Both the position numbers and the translations under genes were made by a program. A model generated the notes under the pieces. The model searched no databases, was not told the origin of the DNA, and was given only the letters and a program-made list of their open reading frames with translations. Positions 19,897 to 29,220 of a stretch of DNA of 64,000 nucleotides are shown piece after piece; the stretch's first letter is position 1, and every line of letters starts with the position of its first letter. The stretch is taken from assembly GCA_035363095.1 (NCBI GenBank), contig DAOSEK010000001.1, positions 82,473-146,472 on the forward strand, given 5' to 3'. This DNA comes from Candidatus Woesearchaeota archaeon (lineage in GTDB: Archaea > Nanobdellota > Nanobdellia > Woesearchaeales > UBA119).

Positions 19897-20376
19897 ATGG
19901 CACTAGAAAGGACACTTGTATTAATTAAACCTGATGGAGTGAAAAGAGCTATAGTTGGAAATATAATTACTAGATTTGAAAATGCTGGCTTAAAGATTAC
20001 AGGACTTAAGATGATTTGGGTATCTCCAAATATGGCTAAAGAGCACTATCAGGAGCATGTTAAAAAGGAATTTTATGTTGGCCTTGAGCAATTCATTACT
20101 GAAGGTCCGGTTGTTGCTATGGTACTTGAGGGTATTGAATGCATTGAGGTTGTAAGAAAGATTGTTGGTTCAACTGAGCCAAAGAGTGCTCAACCTGGGA
20201 CAATTCGTGGAGATTTTGGGCATATCTCTTATAGTTATGCGGATGCGAAGCACATTGCTGTTAAGAATCTTATTCATGCATCTTCAAATTCTAAGGATGC
20301 AGAAAGAGAGATTGCACTATGGTTTGCTCCTGAACAAGTCCACAAATACAATAGCATTTATGAACAAATATTATAA
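19897..20376 (+). CDS. ndk: Nucleoside diphosphate kinase
   Basis: ERTLVLIKPDGV...NIIHGSD-like motifs, with the active-site His at GTIRGDFGH. Confidence 0.9.
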   Translation: MALERTLVLIKPDGVKRAIVGNIITRFENAGLKITGLKMIWVSPNMAKEHYQEHVKKEFYVGLEQFITEGPVVAMVLEGIECIEVVRKIVGSTEPKSAQPGTIRGDFGHISYSYADAKHIAVKNLIHASSNSKDAEREIALWFAPEQVHKYNSIYEQIL

Positions 20377-20381
20377 AGAGG

Positions 20382-22589
20382 ATGTTAAATATGGCAGAAA
20401 AATTATCAGATAAGGTTACAAAACTTGCAAGGGAACCCACAAATATTAGAAATATTGCAATATGTGCTCATATTGATCATGGAAAGACTACTTTTTCAGA
20501 TAATCTTTTAGCAGGCGCTGGAATGATGTCAGAAGAGCTTGCTGGAAAGGTTTGCGCACTTGATTTTCATGATGATGAAAAGGAAAGAGGAATTACTATT
20601 GATTCTGCAGCAGTTTCTATGATTCATAAGGTAAATGAGAAGGATTTTTTGATTAATCTAATTGATACCCCAGGGCATGTGGATTTTGGGGGTAATGTAA
20701 CAAGGGCAATGAGAGCTGTTGATGGAAGCATTGTTTTGGTTTGCGCAGTTGAAGGGATTATGCCTCAGACTGAGACTGTTTTAAGACAGTCTTTAAGAGA
20801 GAAGGTTAAACCAATACTTTTTATCAATAAGGTTGATAGGCTTATAAAGGAACTTAAATTGACTCCTGAGAAAATGCAGGAGAGATTTGTTAGGGTTATT
20901 GCAGAGGTAAATAAGTTTATCAGGTCTATTTGCCCTGAGGAATTTAAGGACCAGTGGGTTGTTAAGGTTGAGGATGGGTCAGTTTGTTTTGGATCTGCGT
21001 TTCATAATTGGGCACTTTCGCTTCCATATATGAAGAACACAGGGATGTCTTTTAAGGATATTATTTCAGCATATGAGGAAAACGAAACTGAAGCGTCTAA
21101 AAAGCTTGCAAAAAGCGCTCCATTACATAAGGTTGTTTTGAATTCTGTTGTTAAGCATTTGCCTAATCCAAAGGAAGCACAAGGTTATAGGATTCCTAAA
21201 ATATGGCATGGAGATTTGGATACCCCGCAAGGACAGGCTTTAAAAAACTGCGACCCTAAGGGAGCTTTTGCAATGGTGATTACTAAGATTGTTATTGATC
21301 CTAATGCAGGAGAGATTTGTACTGGAAGGATTTTTTCAGGAACTGCAAAGAAAGGTGAAACGATATATATTGCAGGAAGAAAAGAGCAATCAAGGCTTCA
21401 ACAGATCTATATTTACAAGGGTGCCAAAAAGGATATTATTGAAGAGGTTGAGTGTGGTAATATTATTGGTATAGGAGGTGTAAAGACCTATGCAGGGGAT
21501 ACTATTACAACAGATCCAGAACTTGAACCTTTTGAGCAGATTAAACATATTTTTGATCCAGTGATTACTAAGGCAATTGAAGCGAAAAGCCCAGCTGACC
21601 TTCCAAAGCTTGTGGAGGTTTTAAGACAGGTGCAAAAGGAAGATCCTTCTATTGCAATTGTTATTAATGAAGAAACTGGAGAGTATTTGATGTCAGGGAT
21701 GGGAGAGCTTCATTTAGAGATTATTGAGAATAGGATTATCAAAGAGAAAAATCTCAATGTTAAGACTTCACCACCAATCGTTGTTTATAGAGAAACTATT
21801 ACAAAAAAATCACAGGAGTTTGAGGGAAAGTCACCAAATAAGCACAACAAGCTATATTTTGTTGTTGAACCTTTAGAACCTAAGATTTTGGAGTTAATTA
21901 AGCTTGGTGAGATTACTGATATGAGGGTTAAGAAGAAAGAAGATACTCTTTGGGGTGCTTTAGAGAAAGCAGGAATGGATGCAAAGGAAGCAAGAAAGGT
22001 AAGGGATGTTTTTAAGGGAAATCTTTTGGTTGATGGAACAAGAGGTATTGTTCACATTGGAGAGATTATAGAGATGGTAATGGATATGTTTGAGGATGTT
22101 ATGAATGCAAGCCCTCTTGCTAGGGAACCTGCGTATGGAGTTAAGGTTACTTTACTTGATGCAAAGCTTCACGAGGATTCTATCCACAGAGGACCAGCCC
22201 AGCTATATCCTGCTGTTAGAGAGGGTATTAGAGGAGCGATTATGACTGCAGGTCCAATGCTTTTAGAGCCACTCCAGATTTTAAGATTTGAAGCTCCTGA
22301 TCAATATGTTGGAGAGGTTTCTAAACTTATTGCAAATAAGAGAGGACAGCTTTTGGATATGGTACAAGAAGGGGTTCATGCAACGATAATAGGAAAGCTT
22401 CCTGTTGCTGAGATGTTTGGGCTTTCAAGTGAATTGAGATCAGCTACTGGTGGAAGAGGGTCATTCTCACTTGTTGATCAGGCTTTTGAGGTCCTACCTT
22501 ATGAGTTCCAGGATAAGATAAGAGAACAGATCAGAAGCAGAAAAGGGCTTAAGCCTTTGTCTGAAGAAAGCTTTGTTGAGACTCAGTGA
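20382..22589 (+). CDS. fusA: Translation elongation factor 2 (aEF-2)
   Basis: G-domain AHIDHGKTT, DTPGHVDF, NKVDR. It includes the diphthamide-region GG.GSF..AF. Confidence 0.95.
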   Translation: MLNMAEKLSDKVTKLAREPTNIRNIAICAHIDHGKTTFSDNLLAGAGMMSEELAGKVCALDFHDDEKERGITIDSAAVSMIHKVNEKDFLINLIDTPGHVDFGGNVTRAMRAVDGSIVLVCAVEGIMPQTETVLRQSLREKVKPILFINKVDRLIKELKLTPEKMQERFVRVIAEVNKFIRSICPEEFKDQWVVKVEDGSVCFGSAFHNWALSLPYMKNTGMSFKDIISAYEENETEASKKLAKSAPLHKVVLNSVVKHLPNPKEAQGYRIPKIWHGDLDTPQGQALKNCDPKGAFAMVITKIVIDPNAGEICTGRIFSGTAKKGETIYIAGRKEQSRLQQIYIYKGAKKDIIEEVECGNIIGIGGVKTYAGDTITTDPELEPFEQIKHIFDPVITKAIEAKSPADLPKLVEVLRQVQKEDPSIAIVINEETGEYLMSGMGELHLEIIENRIIKEKNLNVKTSPPIVVYRETITKKSQEFEGKSPNKHNKLYFVVEPLEPKILELIKLGEITDMRVKKKEDTLWGALEKAGMDAKEARKVRDVFKGNLLVDGTRGIVHIGEIIEMVMDMFEDVMNASPLAREPAYGVKVTLLDAKLHEDSIHRGPAQLYPAVREGIRGAIMTAGPMLLEPLQILRFEAPDQYVGEVSKLIANKRGQLLDMVQEGVHATIIGKLPVAEMFGLSSELRSATGGRGSFSLVDQAFEVLPYEFQDKIREQIRSRKGLKPLSEESFVETQ

Positions 22590-22651
22590 AGATAATAAAA
22601 AGTTATTTTTTATTTTTTTATATTTAGTGTACTCGATTGTTTCTTGATTTC

Positions 22652-22785
22652 GTGAATCCGTCATTCGCATACTTTTGTCTTAAAGCCGAAAGTTTGAAGA
22701 TAGGAATTTACCAAAGGCTTAAGCTAGAGTATCGGTGAGGTCCGCAGTGCATTTATGCTTAAAAGTTTTTCATTTTTATGAATAA
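22652..22785. repeat. Modular intergenic repeat, partial (K-box-rc plus terminator-like module)
   Basis: TCATTCGCATACTTTTGTC (K-box reverse complement) ... GCATTTATGCTTAAAAGTTTTTCATTTTTATGAA (M4-type hairpin/T-run). Confidence 0.6.
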
Positions 22786-22963
22786 TGAAGAGTCTTTTGG
22801 CATGTTTAGAATATATGTTGTTTTTTCATATCTAAGCAAGGATACATATCTTCGATACATATTTTCAAATGTTATTAAATGAATATCTTATCAATAAATT
22901 AATAAATCAAAAATAAAAACCAATTGGTAAGACTACTAGATAAAATTACTACTAGATAAAATT

Positions 22964-23226
22964 GATTTCATGAAATCCAGTTCATTCGCATACTTTGGTC
23001 AATAGAAAAGCATACCTCGTGTTTCAACACGAGGACTCGGTACGCTTTTTTGTAATCAACAACCTCGCTGAATGCAGCGCATGCTTTTATATTACCAACA
23101 TACCTCGCTCTTTAGGGTGAGGTTGTTGATTTTTCAAGCCAAAGTAAGAATAGACGGCTTCATGGACGAAAAACCTCGACTATTCACGAGATACCTCGGC
23201 ATTTATGCCGAGGTTTTTCATTTGAA
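22964..23226. repeat. Modular intergenic repeat, most complete copy (palindrome, K-box, hairpin module, M4 hairpin)
   Basis: Begins with GATTTCATGAAATC and the K-box-rc. It carries the approximately 115-nt hairpin module in reverse orientation and ends with AAACCTCGACTATTCACGAGATACCTCGGCATTTATGCCGAGGTTTTTCATTT. Confidence 0.75.
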
Positions 23227-23300
23227 TAACAATTAATAAGAATATATAAATGATAGTGGTGGTGGCAGTAGCTGATTAGTATGTTTTTTTTTAATCATAT

Positions 23301-23375
23301 GGACCCGTAGCCTAGTTTGGATAGGGCGACAGCCTCCTAAGCTGTAGGTCCGGGGTTCGAATCCCCGCGGGTCCG
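23301..23375 (+). tRNA. tRNA-Arg (anticodon CCU)
   Basis: Cloverleaf folded by hand. The acceptor is GGACCCG/CGGGTCC, the D-stem GCCT/GGGC, and the anticodon stem ACAGC/GCTGT. The loop CTCCTAA gives anticodon CCT. The T-arm is CGGGG-TTCGAAT-CCCCG and the discriminator is G. No CCA is encoded. Confidence 0.8.
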
Positions 23376-23607
23376 CTTTTTTACAAATTTTCTATTCGAG
23401 CAAAAGAGCTTTTTTAAAGAAGAAAATTTATATGGAGCATAAGCAATAAAAACCGCTATTATGGGAGTAAATATACGCAATTAAAAGAGTTTCTATTTTA
23501 ATTCCATATAAAGGGCTTAATAAACGTTTAAGAAATACCGATAAAGTGCCCAAATGGCTTTGCGCTATTATTTTGAATAAAGGAAAATATGTATTTAGAG
23601 AAATTTT

Positions 23608-24069
23608 TTAATCTAATAAGAATCTTTTAAGTATGTATTCTGAAAGATAGCTTATTCTTTCATGTGCTAGATTTGAGTAGTTAGTTATTATGCAAGATTC
23701 AATTATTCCCTGAGCTTTTTGAGAGCTTAAGTTTTTTAGCGAATGAGTTTTAAGTTGCTCACAGCAGATGTTACATAAGTCATTTAATTTTTTTATGTCA
23801 TCTTTGGCTTTTTTTGAAAGCTCATTTCCTAAAACTAAATGGGTTTCATTAAGCCCTTCTTCAAAGTAGCCTCCGTATAAAGATATATTTTTAGGAGAAT
23901 ATAATGAATTTACTATTTTTTTCCTTTCTTCTTTATCAAAGTGAGAAATACTAGGTGGTGGAGAATTTAGAACTTTTTCAATACAAGACTGTCTTGAGTT
24001 ATTATCATCTAAACAGTCTTTTTCACACCAAAAAAATATGTCTGAAAAGTAATCGTCGTGGTCAACCAA
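23608..24069 (-). CDS. Hypothetical Cys-rich protein
   Basis: 153 aa containing CEKDC, CNICCEQL and SCII motifs. Confidence 0.35.
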   Translation of the reverse strand: MVDHDDYFSDIFFWCEKDCLDDNNSRQSCIEKVLNSPPPSISHFDKEERKKIVNSLYSPKNISLYGGYFEEGLNETHLVLGNELSKKAKDDIKKLNDLCNICCEQLKTHSLKNLSSQKAQGIIESCIITNYSNLAHERISYLSEYILKRFLLD

Positions 24070-24193
24070 AAAAACACCTTTTTTTTTCCTTGAGTTGATT
24101 GTTTTTTTGCTTTTTCCTTTTTTAAATTATTAGGTGTTACCAAATATATTTTAAAGAAGGCTTTTTTTGCTTATAAGTTAGAAATTTATTTAA

Positions 24194-24895
24194 ATGGCTT
24201 ATTTATCCATAACGTTTATGAAGATTTTAAAGATTGGCTTTGGGAAAAACCCAAATATAGGATTGTACGTTTTTGCCTCAACAAAGTTTTGTTTGGTACC
24301 AAAAACTATAAGGGATAACGATTTAAAGCAGATTGAAGATACTTTGGGCGTTAAAGCGTATAAGGTAAGTATTGCAGGAACAGAGCTTTTAGGGGTTTTT
24401 TGTTCAGGAAATTCAAGCGTGTTGATGGTACCAGAGATTGCTTTTGAATCAGAAATAAGAGATATTGAAAAGATTTGCAAGGAAAATGGAGTCAGACTTT
24501 ATGTTTTAGAAAGTGAAAAGACTGCTTTGGGAAATCTTGTAAAGGCTAATGATAAGGGGATTGTTTTAAGTAGTCAGTTTTCTAAAAGTGAGATTGATGC
24601 GATAGAGTCTGTATTTGCGCTTAAGTCTATATCTTTGGATGTTTCAGAAAGCCTTACTATTGGGTCAGGGCTTGTAATTAATAATAGTAAAGGGATTGTT
24701 CATAATAATATGGATGATAAAGATCTTGAGAGTGTTAAGAATGTTTTGGGTATTCAAGCAATAAGAGGGACTATTAATTTTGGACAAGCTTATGTGAGTA
24801 GTGGACTTGTTATGAATGATTATGGATTTATCATTGGCGATTTGTCAAGTGGTGTAGAGATTATGGATGTTGATGAGTTTTTGAATAGTGAATGA
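24194..24895 (+). CDS. eif6: Translation initiation factor 6 (aIF6)
   Basis: NPNIGLYVFASTKFCLVP and repeated approximately 45-aa pentein-fold units. It sits in the conserved position upstream of pfdA-ftsY. Confidence 0.75.
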   Translation: MAYLSITFMKILKIGFGKNPNIGLYVFASTKFCLVPKTIRDNDLKQIEDTLGVKAYKVSIAGTELLGVFCSGNSSVLMVPEIAFESEIRDIEKICKENGVRLYVLESEKTALGNLVKANDKGIVLSSQFSKSEIDAIESVFALKSISLDVSESLTIGSGLVINNSKGIVHNNMDDKDLESVKNVLGIQAIRGTINFGQAYVSSGLVMNDYGFIIGDLSSGVEIMDVDEFLNSE

Positions 24896-24899
24896 TTTT

Positions 24900-25060
24900 G
24901 ATTTCATGAAATCCTCGTTCATTTGCATACTTTGATCTTTTGGGTCAGAGTAAGAAGAGAGGGGCTCACTAAACGATTAACAAAGAGAAATTCAAGTAAG
25001 GAGAAACCTTTAACTATCTGCAAGGCACTTAGGGCGTTTATGCTTCAAGGTTTTTTTTGG
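24900..25060. repeat. Modular intergenic repeat between aIF6 and pfdA
   Basis: GATTTCATGAAATC plus K-box-rc (TCATTTGCATACTTTGATC) ... AACCTTTAACTATC ... GGGCGTTTATGCTTCAAGGTTTTTTTT. Confidence 0.7.
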
Positions 25061-25088
25061 AAGTTTATTTTAGGAGAATTGTGTTAAA

Positions 25089-25502
25089 ATGAAAGGAATT
25101 GAAAGAGATTTGGATTTGAAACGCCAAGAGTACGCAGAGCTTATTAATCAAGTTATGGGACTTCAAAATGAATATAATAATGTTCATAACCAAATACAGG
25201 ATACTTTGGTTTCAATTGAGGCAGTTAAGGCATTTGATGAGCTTAAAGATGAGGAAAGGTCACAAAGTCTTGTGTCTTTGGCACCAGGAATTTATGTTAA
25301 AGCAGATATTTGTAAGGGCAATAAACTTTTTTTAAATGTTGGTGCTAAGAGTATTGTTGTTAAAAGACCAAGCGAGACTATAAAACTTTTAGAGGCTAAA
25401 AGACAGGAACTTTTGGAGTATGCTTCAAATGTTAAGATTGCAATTAACCAAAGTGCGATAAGGATTGAAGAGTTGAAAAGTGAGCTTGATAATCAAGAGT
25501 AA
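25089..25502 (+). CDS. pfdA: Prefoldin alpha subunit
   Basis: 137 aa with coiled coil, beta-hairpin and coiled coil. It occupies the conserved archaeal eif6-(rplX)-pfdA-ftsY context. Confidence 0.75.
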   Translation: MKGIERDLDLKRQEYAELINQVMGLQNEYNNVHNQIQDTLVSIEAVKAFDELKDEERSQSLVSLAPGIYVKADICKGNKLFLNVGAKSIVVKRPSETIKLLEAKRQELLEYASNVKIAINQSAIRIEELKSELDNQE

Positions 25503-25525
25503 AAGGAGTTTTGTGGTGGTTTTAA

Positions 25526-26749
25526 ATGTTTGAGTTTTTCAAAAAGAAGCTAAAAGGGGCAATTGATAAGATAACAAAGAAGGTTAGTGATGAGGGGGGT
25601 TTGGATACAGATTCTTTTGAGAAAGTAGTTTTGGATTCTAAAAACCCACAAGAAATAGCGATTCAACCACAGTCTTTTGATGACCTTTTAAAAGATAAAG
25701 ATTCTTATGAGAGTAATGTAAAACAGGATGAAACTGAGATTGAGGAAGATAGTACTGATAATGTTTTGGATGTTAAAGATTTAAATGATGAAGTTATTAT
25801 TAAGGAAGATGAGAAAGATATTGATATTAAAAAATCAGATGATAAGCCTGAAGAATTGGGAAAGGAAAAAAAGAAAGGATTTTTTGGCAAACTTTTCCAA
25901 AAGATTTCTACTACTAAGATTAATGAGACTAAATTTGATGAGATTTTTTGGGAGATTGAATTAACTCTTCTTGAGAATAATGTTGCATATCTTGTTATTG
26001 ATAAGATAAAGGAAGATTTAAAGGTTAGGCTACTTGATAAAGAGGTGTCAAGATCAGATATAAAGAGTATTATTTTTGAAGGACTTAGGGATTCTATTTA
26101 TTCGGTTTTGCTTGAGCCATTTGATTTGGTTAAAAGGATTTTGGATTCTAAGAAAAGACCTTTTGTGATTTTGTTTGTTGGTATTAATGGAAGTGGCAAG
26201 ACTACAACTCTTGCAAAGGTTGGAAGTATGTTAAAAGATAGTGGGCTAGGTTGTGTTATTGCTGCAAGTGATACTTTTAGGGCTGCTGCAATTCAACAGC
26301 TTGAGGAGCATGCGAATAATCTTTCTATTAAGATGATTAAGCATGATTATGGCTCTGATTCTTCGGCAGTTGCTTTTGATGCGATAAGGCATGCAGAGTC
26401 TAAGGGGGTCGATGTGGTTTTAATCGATTCTGCAGGAAGGCTTCATTCAAATTCTAATTTAATGGATGAGCTTAAAAAGCTTTCAAGGGTTACAAAGCCT
26501 GATTTAAAGATTTTTGTTGGCGAGAGCATCACAGGAAATGATTGTATTGAGCAGGCTGAGAAGTTTAATGATGCAATAGGATTAGATGCAATTATTTTGA
26601 CTAAGGCAGATATTGATGAGAAGGGAGGAACTGCAATTTCTATAAGCCATGTTATTAAAAAACCAATTTTATTTTTGGGAAAGGGACAAAATTATAAGGA
26701 TTTGGAGAAATTTAATCCTGAAAAAGTTGTTGAATCTATTTTTGGTTAG
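25526..26749 (+). CDS. ftsY: Signal recognition particle receptor FtsY
   Basis: An acidic N-terminal domain is followed by the NG domain GINGSGKTT, DTFRAAA, DSAGR, TKAD. Confidence 0.9.
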   Translation: MFEFFKKKLKGAIDKITKKVSDEGGLDTDSFEKVVLDSKNPQEIAIQPQSFDDLLKDKDSYESNVKQDETEIEEDSTDNVLDVKDLNDEVIIKEDEKDIDIKKSDDKPEELGKEKKKGFFGKLFQKISTTKINETKFDEIFWEIELTLLENNVAYLVIDKIKEDLKVRLLDKEVSRSDIKSIIFEGLRDSIYSVLLEPFDLVKRILDSKKRPFVILFVGINGSGKTTTLAKVGSMLKDSGLGCVIAASDTFRAAAIQQLEEHANNLSIKMIKHDYGSDSSAVAFDAIRHAESKGVDVVLIDSAGRLHSNSNLMDELKKLSRVTKPDLKIFVGESITGNDCIEQAEKFNDAIGLDAIILTKADIDEKGGTAISISHVIKKPILFLGKGQNYKDLEKFNPEKVVESIFG

Positions 26750-26771
26750 TTAGGTCTGTTGATTATGGATT

Positions 26772-27275
26772 TTATTTTGCAAGGTAGTTAATGGAAGGGT
26801 ATCCTTTGAGGGCTAATATGTACCAAGGTCTTTCGATGTAGTATACTGTTTTGTTGGTTTTAATATAGCTTTTTATTGTATTTTTTATGTCCTGAGTGCT
26901 TTCGCAAGCTCTAAACGAGTAGACTATGTCTGAATAAGTGTATACTGAAATGTCTGGAGTCTTTGAAGGGGTGTTTGAGAGCACCATTGTTTCTTTGGCG
27001 TTTGTTATTGAGATTGTTTTATTTGTGTCCAAGAAGAGTATATTTATTGCAGGTGGTTCTCCTAAAAAACCATGAAGTTTGTAAAAGCCGGCTTGGGTTA
27101 GGTAGTATTCAAGCTCATAATAAAATGTTTCTTGTGTGTATACCTGTATTCTTGTCGTGTTTGGTTTTTGGATATGGATTGAATAAAAAAGCATTGCAAA
27201 GGCAATGGAGAATACAATTATTAGAGATATGAAAATAAATATTGTTTTTAGCTTCATAAATGGATAAAAATGCAA
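26772..27275 (-). CDS. Hypothetical secreted/membrane-anchored protein
   Basis: 167 aa with an N-terminal TM/signal anchor. Confidence 0.35.
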   Translation of the reverse strand: MHFYPFMKLKTIFIFISLIIVFSIAFAMLFYSIHIQKPNTTRIQVYTQETFYYELEYYLTQAGFYKLHGFLGEPPAINILFLDTNKTISITNAKETMVLSNTPSKTPDISVYTYSDIVYSFRACESTQDIKNTIKSYIKTNKTVYYIERPWYILALKGYPSINYLAK

Positions 27276-27525
27276 GGATATATAAAAAGCTTTTTTAAAA
27301 TTGAATAGTGAAATAGGAATTGCAAAATTGGTGGGATTTGAGTTATGAGGGTTTTTTCAGAGTGAATATATGTGGGGGTTTATTAAGTAACATTGAACTT
27401 TGAATTGATTCTATTTGTTAAATTCATGATGAATTGACTGAGGGTTAGCGCAATGATTTTTCAATGAATGAAAACATCTAAAAGGGTTGAAAATCCAGTA
27501 TAGGCAAGGATAATGAACAAGATTA

Positions 27526-28251
27526 TTATGATGAGTTAGGTCCAATTTCTTTTAATCTTTCTTGATTAGTAATATATCTTGATGCAATTTCCTCAAGACC
27601 TTTTTTTGAATGAATGTCAGTGATGCCAGAAAATAATAAATCTGCACCTTCTAAAATTGGTTTAATATTAGGATTTTTTATTGCATATTCTGGCATTGTA
27701 TTTTTATGAATAATTCCATTGGTTTTAATGGCGTTATCAATTCTGTGAACAAGAGAATTCATTTGTTTATCTCTTTCTTGTTTATCACCAGAAGGCATAT
27801 AATGTAAAATTATTTGATGGGTTTGGTATGCAGGAAAAGTATGCATACCACCGATATTATCTGTAGGAAAAGGACGTTTTACATCAGTTCTAAATCCAAT
27901 AACATATTTTCCAAATAATTTTGCATAAGAAGCCTCAACTACTACTCCTTCATCAATAGGTTCATCGAAGTTTACAACAACGACATCACTTCTTGGAATA
28001 AAAATGCCCATATCAAGAAGATAAATTATATTCTGAAATGCAGAGTTGATTTGATCTTGTTGAAGTTTTCCTAAAAGAGCTTTTGTTAAATTTCCAAATT
28101 CAAAACCATCTCTTTGAGGAAAATTTGCTTTGTAACCAAGTCCTTCTAATCCTTCAACTAATTGAGAATTGAAATGCGTTTCTCTGCCATTAAATAATGT
28201 AGCAGCAGGATATATTATGATTTTTTTTGTCATAGAATAAAGAAATCTCAT
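27526..28251 (-). CDS. Nucleoside 2-deoxyribosyltransferase-like protein
   Basis: N-terminal IIIYPAATLFN...GYKANFPQRDG resembles the NDT/Rossmann-like motif. 241 aa. Confidence 0.4.
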   Translation of the reverse strand: MRFLYSMTKKIIIYPAATLFNGRETHFNSQLVEGLEGLGYKANFPQRDGFEFGNLTKALLGKLQQDQINSAFQNIIYLLDMGIFIPRSDVVVVNFDEPIDEGVVVEASYAKLFGKYVIGFRTDVKRPFPTDNIGGMHTFPAYQTHQIILHYMPSGDKQERDKQMNSLVHRIDNAIKTNGIIHKNTMPEYAIKNPNIKPILEGADLLFSGITDIHSKKGLEEIASRYITNQERLKEIGPNSS

Positions 28252-28283
28252 TAGTGATATAAATTTATCTGTGATTGTGTTAA

Positions 28284-28475
28284 ATCAACAACCTCGCCCT
28301 AAATGGCGAGGTATGTTGGTAATATAAAAGCATGCGCTAAATTCGGCGAGGTTGTTGATTACAAAAAAGCGTACTGAGTCCTCGTGTTGAAACACGAGAT
28401 ATCCTTTTCTATCAATGAAAAACCTCGAAATAAATGCCACGTTATCTTGCGAATAGTTAAGGTCAATCGTTGCGT
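28284..28475. repeat. Modular intergenic repeat (hairpin module plus M4-rc module)
   Basis: ATCAACAACCTCGCCCTAAATGGCGAGGTATGTTGG...GGCGAGGTTGTTGAT, followed by CCTCGTGTTGAAACACGAG, then AAAACCTCGAAATAAATGCCACG...GCGAATAGTTAAGGTCAATCG. Confidence 0.75.
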
Positions 28476-28543
28476 TAATCTGTCTCTTTTGATTTTGCTC
28501 TGAAAATGAAGGTATACTACTAAAAGGATTTCACTACATAAAT

Positions 28544-29218
28544 TTATTTAAAGAACTCTAGCTTATTTTGATAAAGTATGCCCTGTTTTAGTTCAACAGG
28601 CCTAAACTCATCTATTATGAGCGTTGCGTTAAGCCATGCTGATAGCTCTTCTGGGTTTCCGATTGTTGCTGAAAGGGATATGAATTGCGCAGTTGGGCAG
28701 ATATCTTTTAGAAGGGTTATTACTACTTCAGTTGTTGGACCCCTTGATACATCGTTTAGTAGGTGTATTTCATCGATTACAAATACTCCTACATCAGTTA
28801 TCCAAGGAGTTTTATGCCGAAGAAGTGAATCAAGTTTTTCAGGTGTTAAAAGGATTAAGTCATATGTTGCAAGGATTGAATCGTTTGAGTCAAAGTCTCC
28901 GGTTGATTGGGCGATTTTTATTATTTTTTCATATTTTTTTTTGAAGTCTTTGAATTTTTCGTTTGCAAGGGCTTTTAGTGGAAGAACATATACTGCCTTT
29001 TGGTTTGATTTAAGTATTTTTTCAAGCATTGCAAGCTCTGCAATGAGTGTCTTTCCTGAAGCGGTTGGCGTGCAGATTAATAGGTTTGTCCCTTCTAAAA
29101 GCCCAGCGTTTATGGCTTTTAACTGAGCGGGCCTTAGGTTTGTTATTCCTTGGCTTTTCAATATTTCAAAAAGATTAGGGCTTATTTTTTGATTAAGGAT
29201 TTCTATTGAATTGTTCAT
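28544..29218 (-). pseudogene. Ski2/Hel308-like DEAD/DEAH helicase, N-terminal RecA1 domain only (truncated)
   Basis: Contains motif I TPTASGKT, Ia VLPLKALANEK, II VIDEIH and III SATIGN. The ORF stops about 20 aa after motif III. Full Hel308 proteins are about 700 aa. A repeat element lies immediately downstream. Confidence 0.5.
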
Positions 29219-29220
29219 TT

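Noticed and set aside
22964-23226. Repeat family as an autonomous IS element
   Set aside because: No transposase (TnpA) or TnpB/IscB ORF is associated with any copy in this window. Only the non-autonomous derivative or RNA-element interpretations are tenable here.
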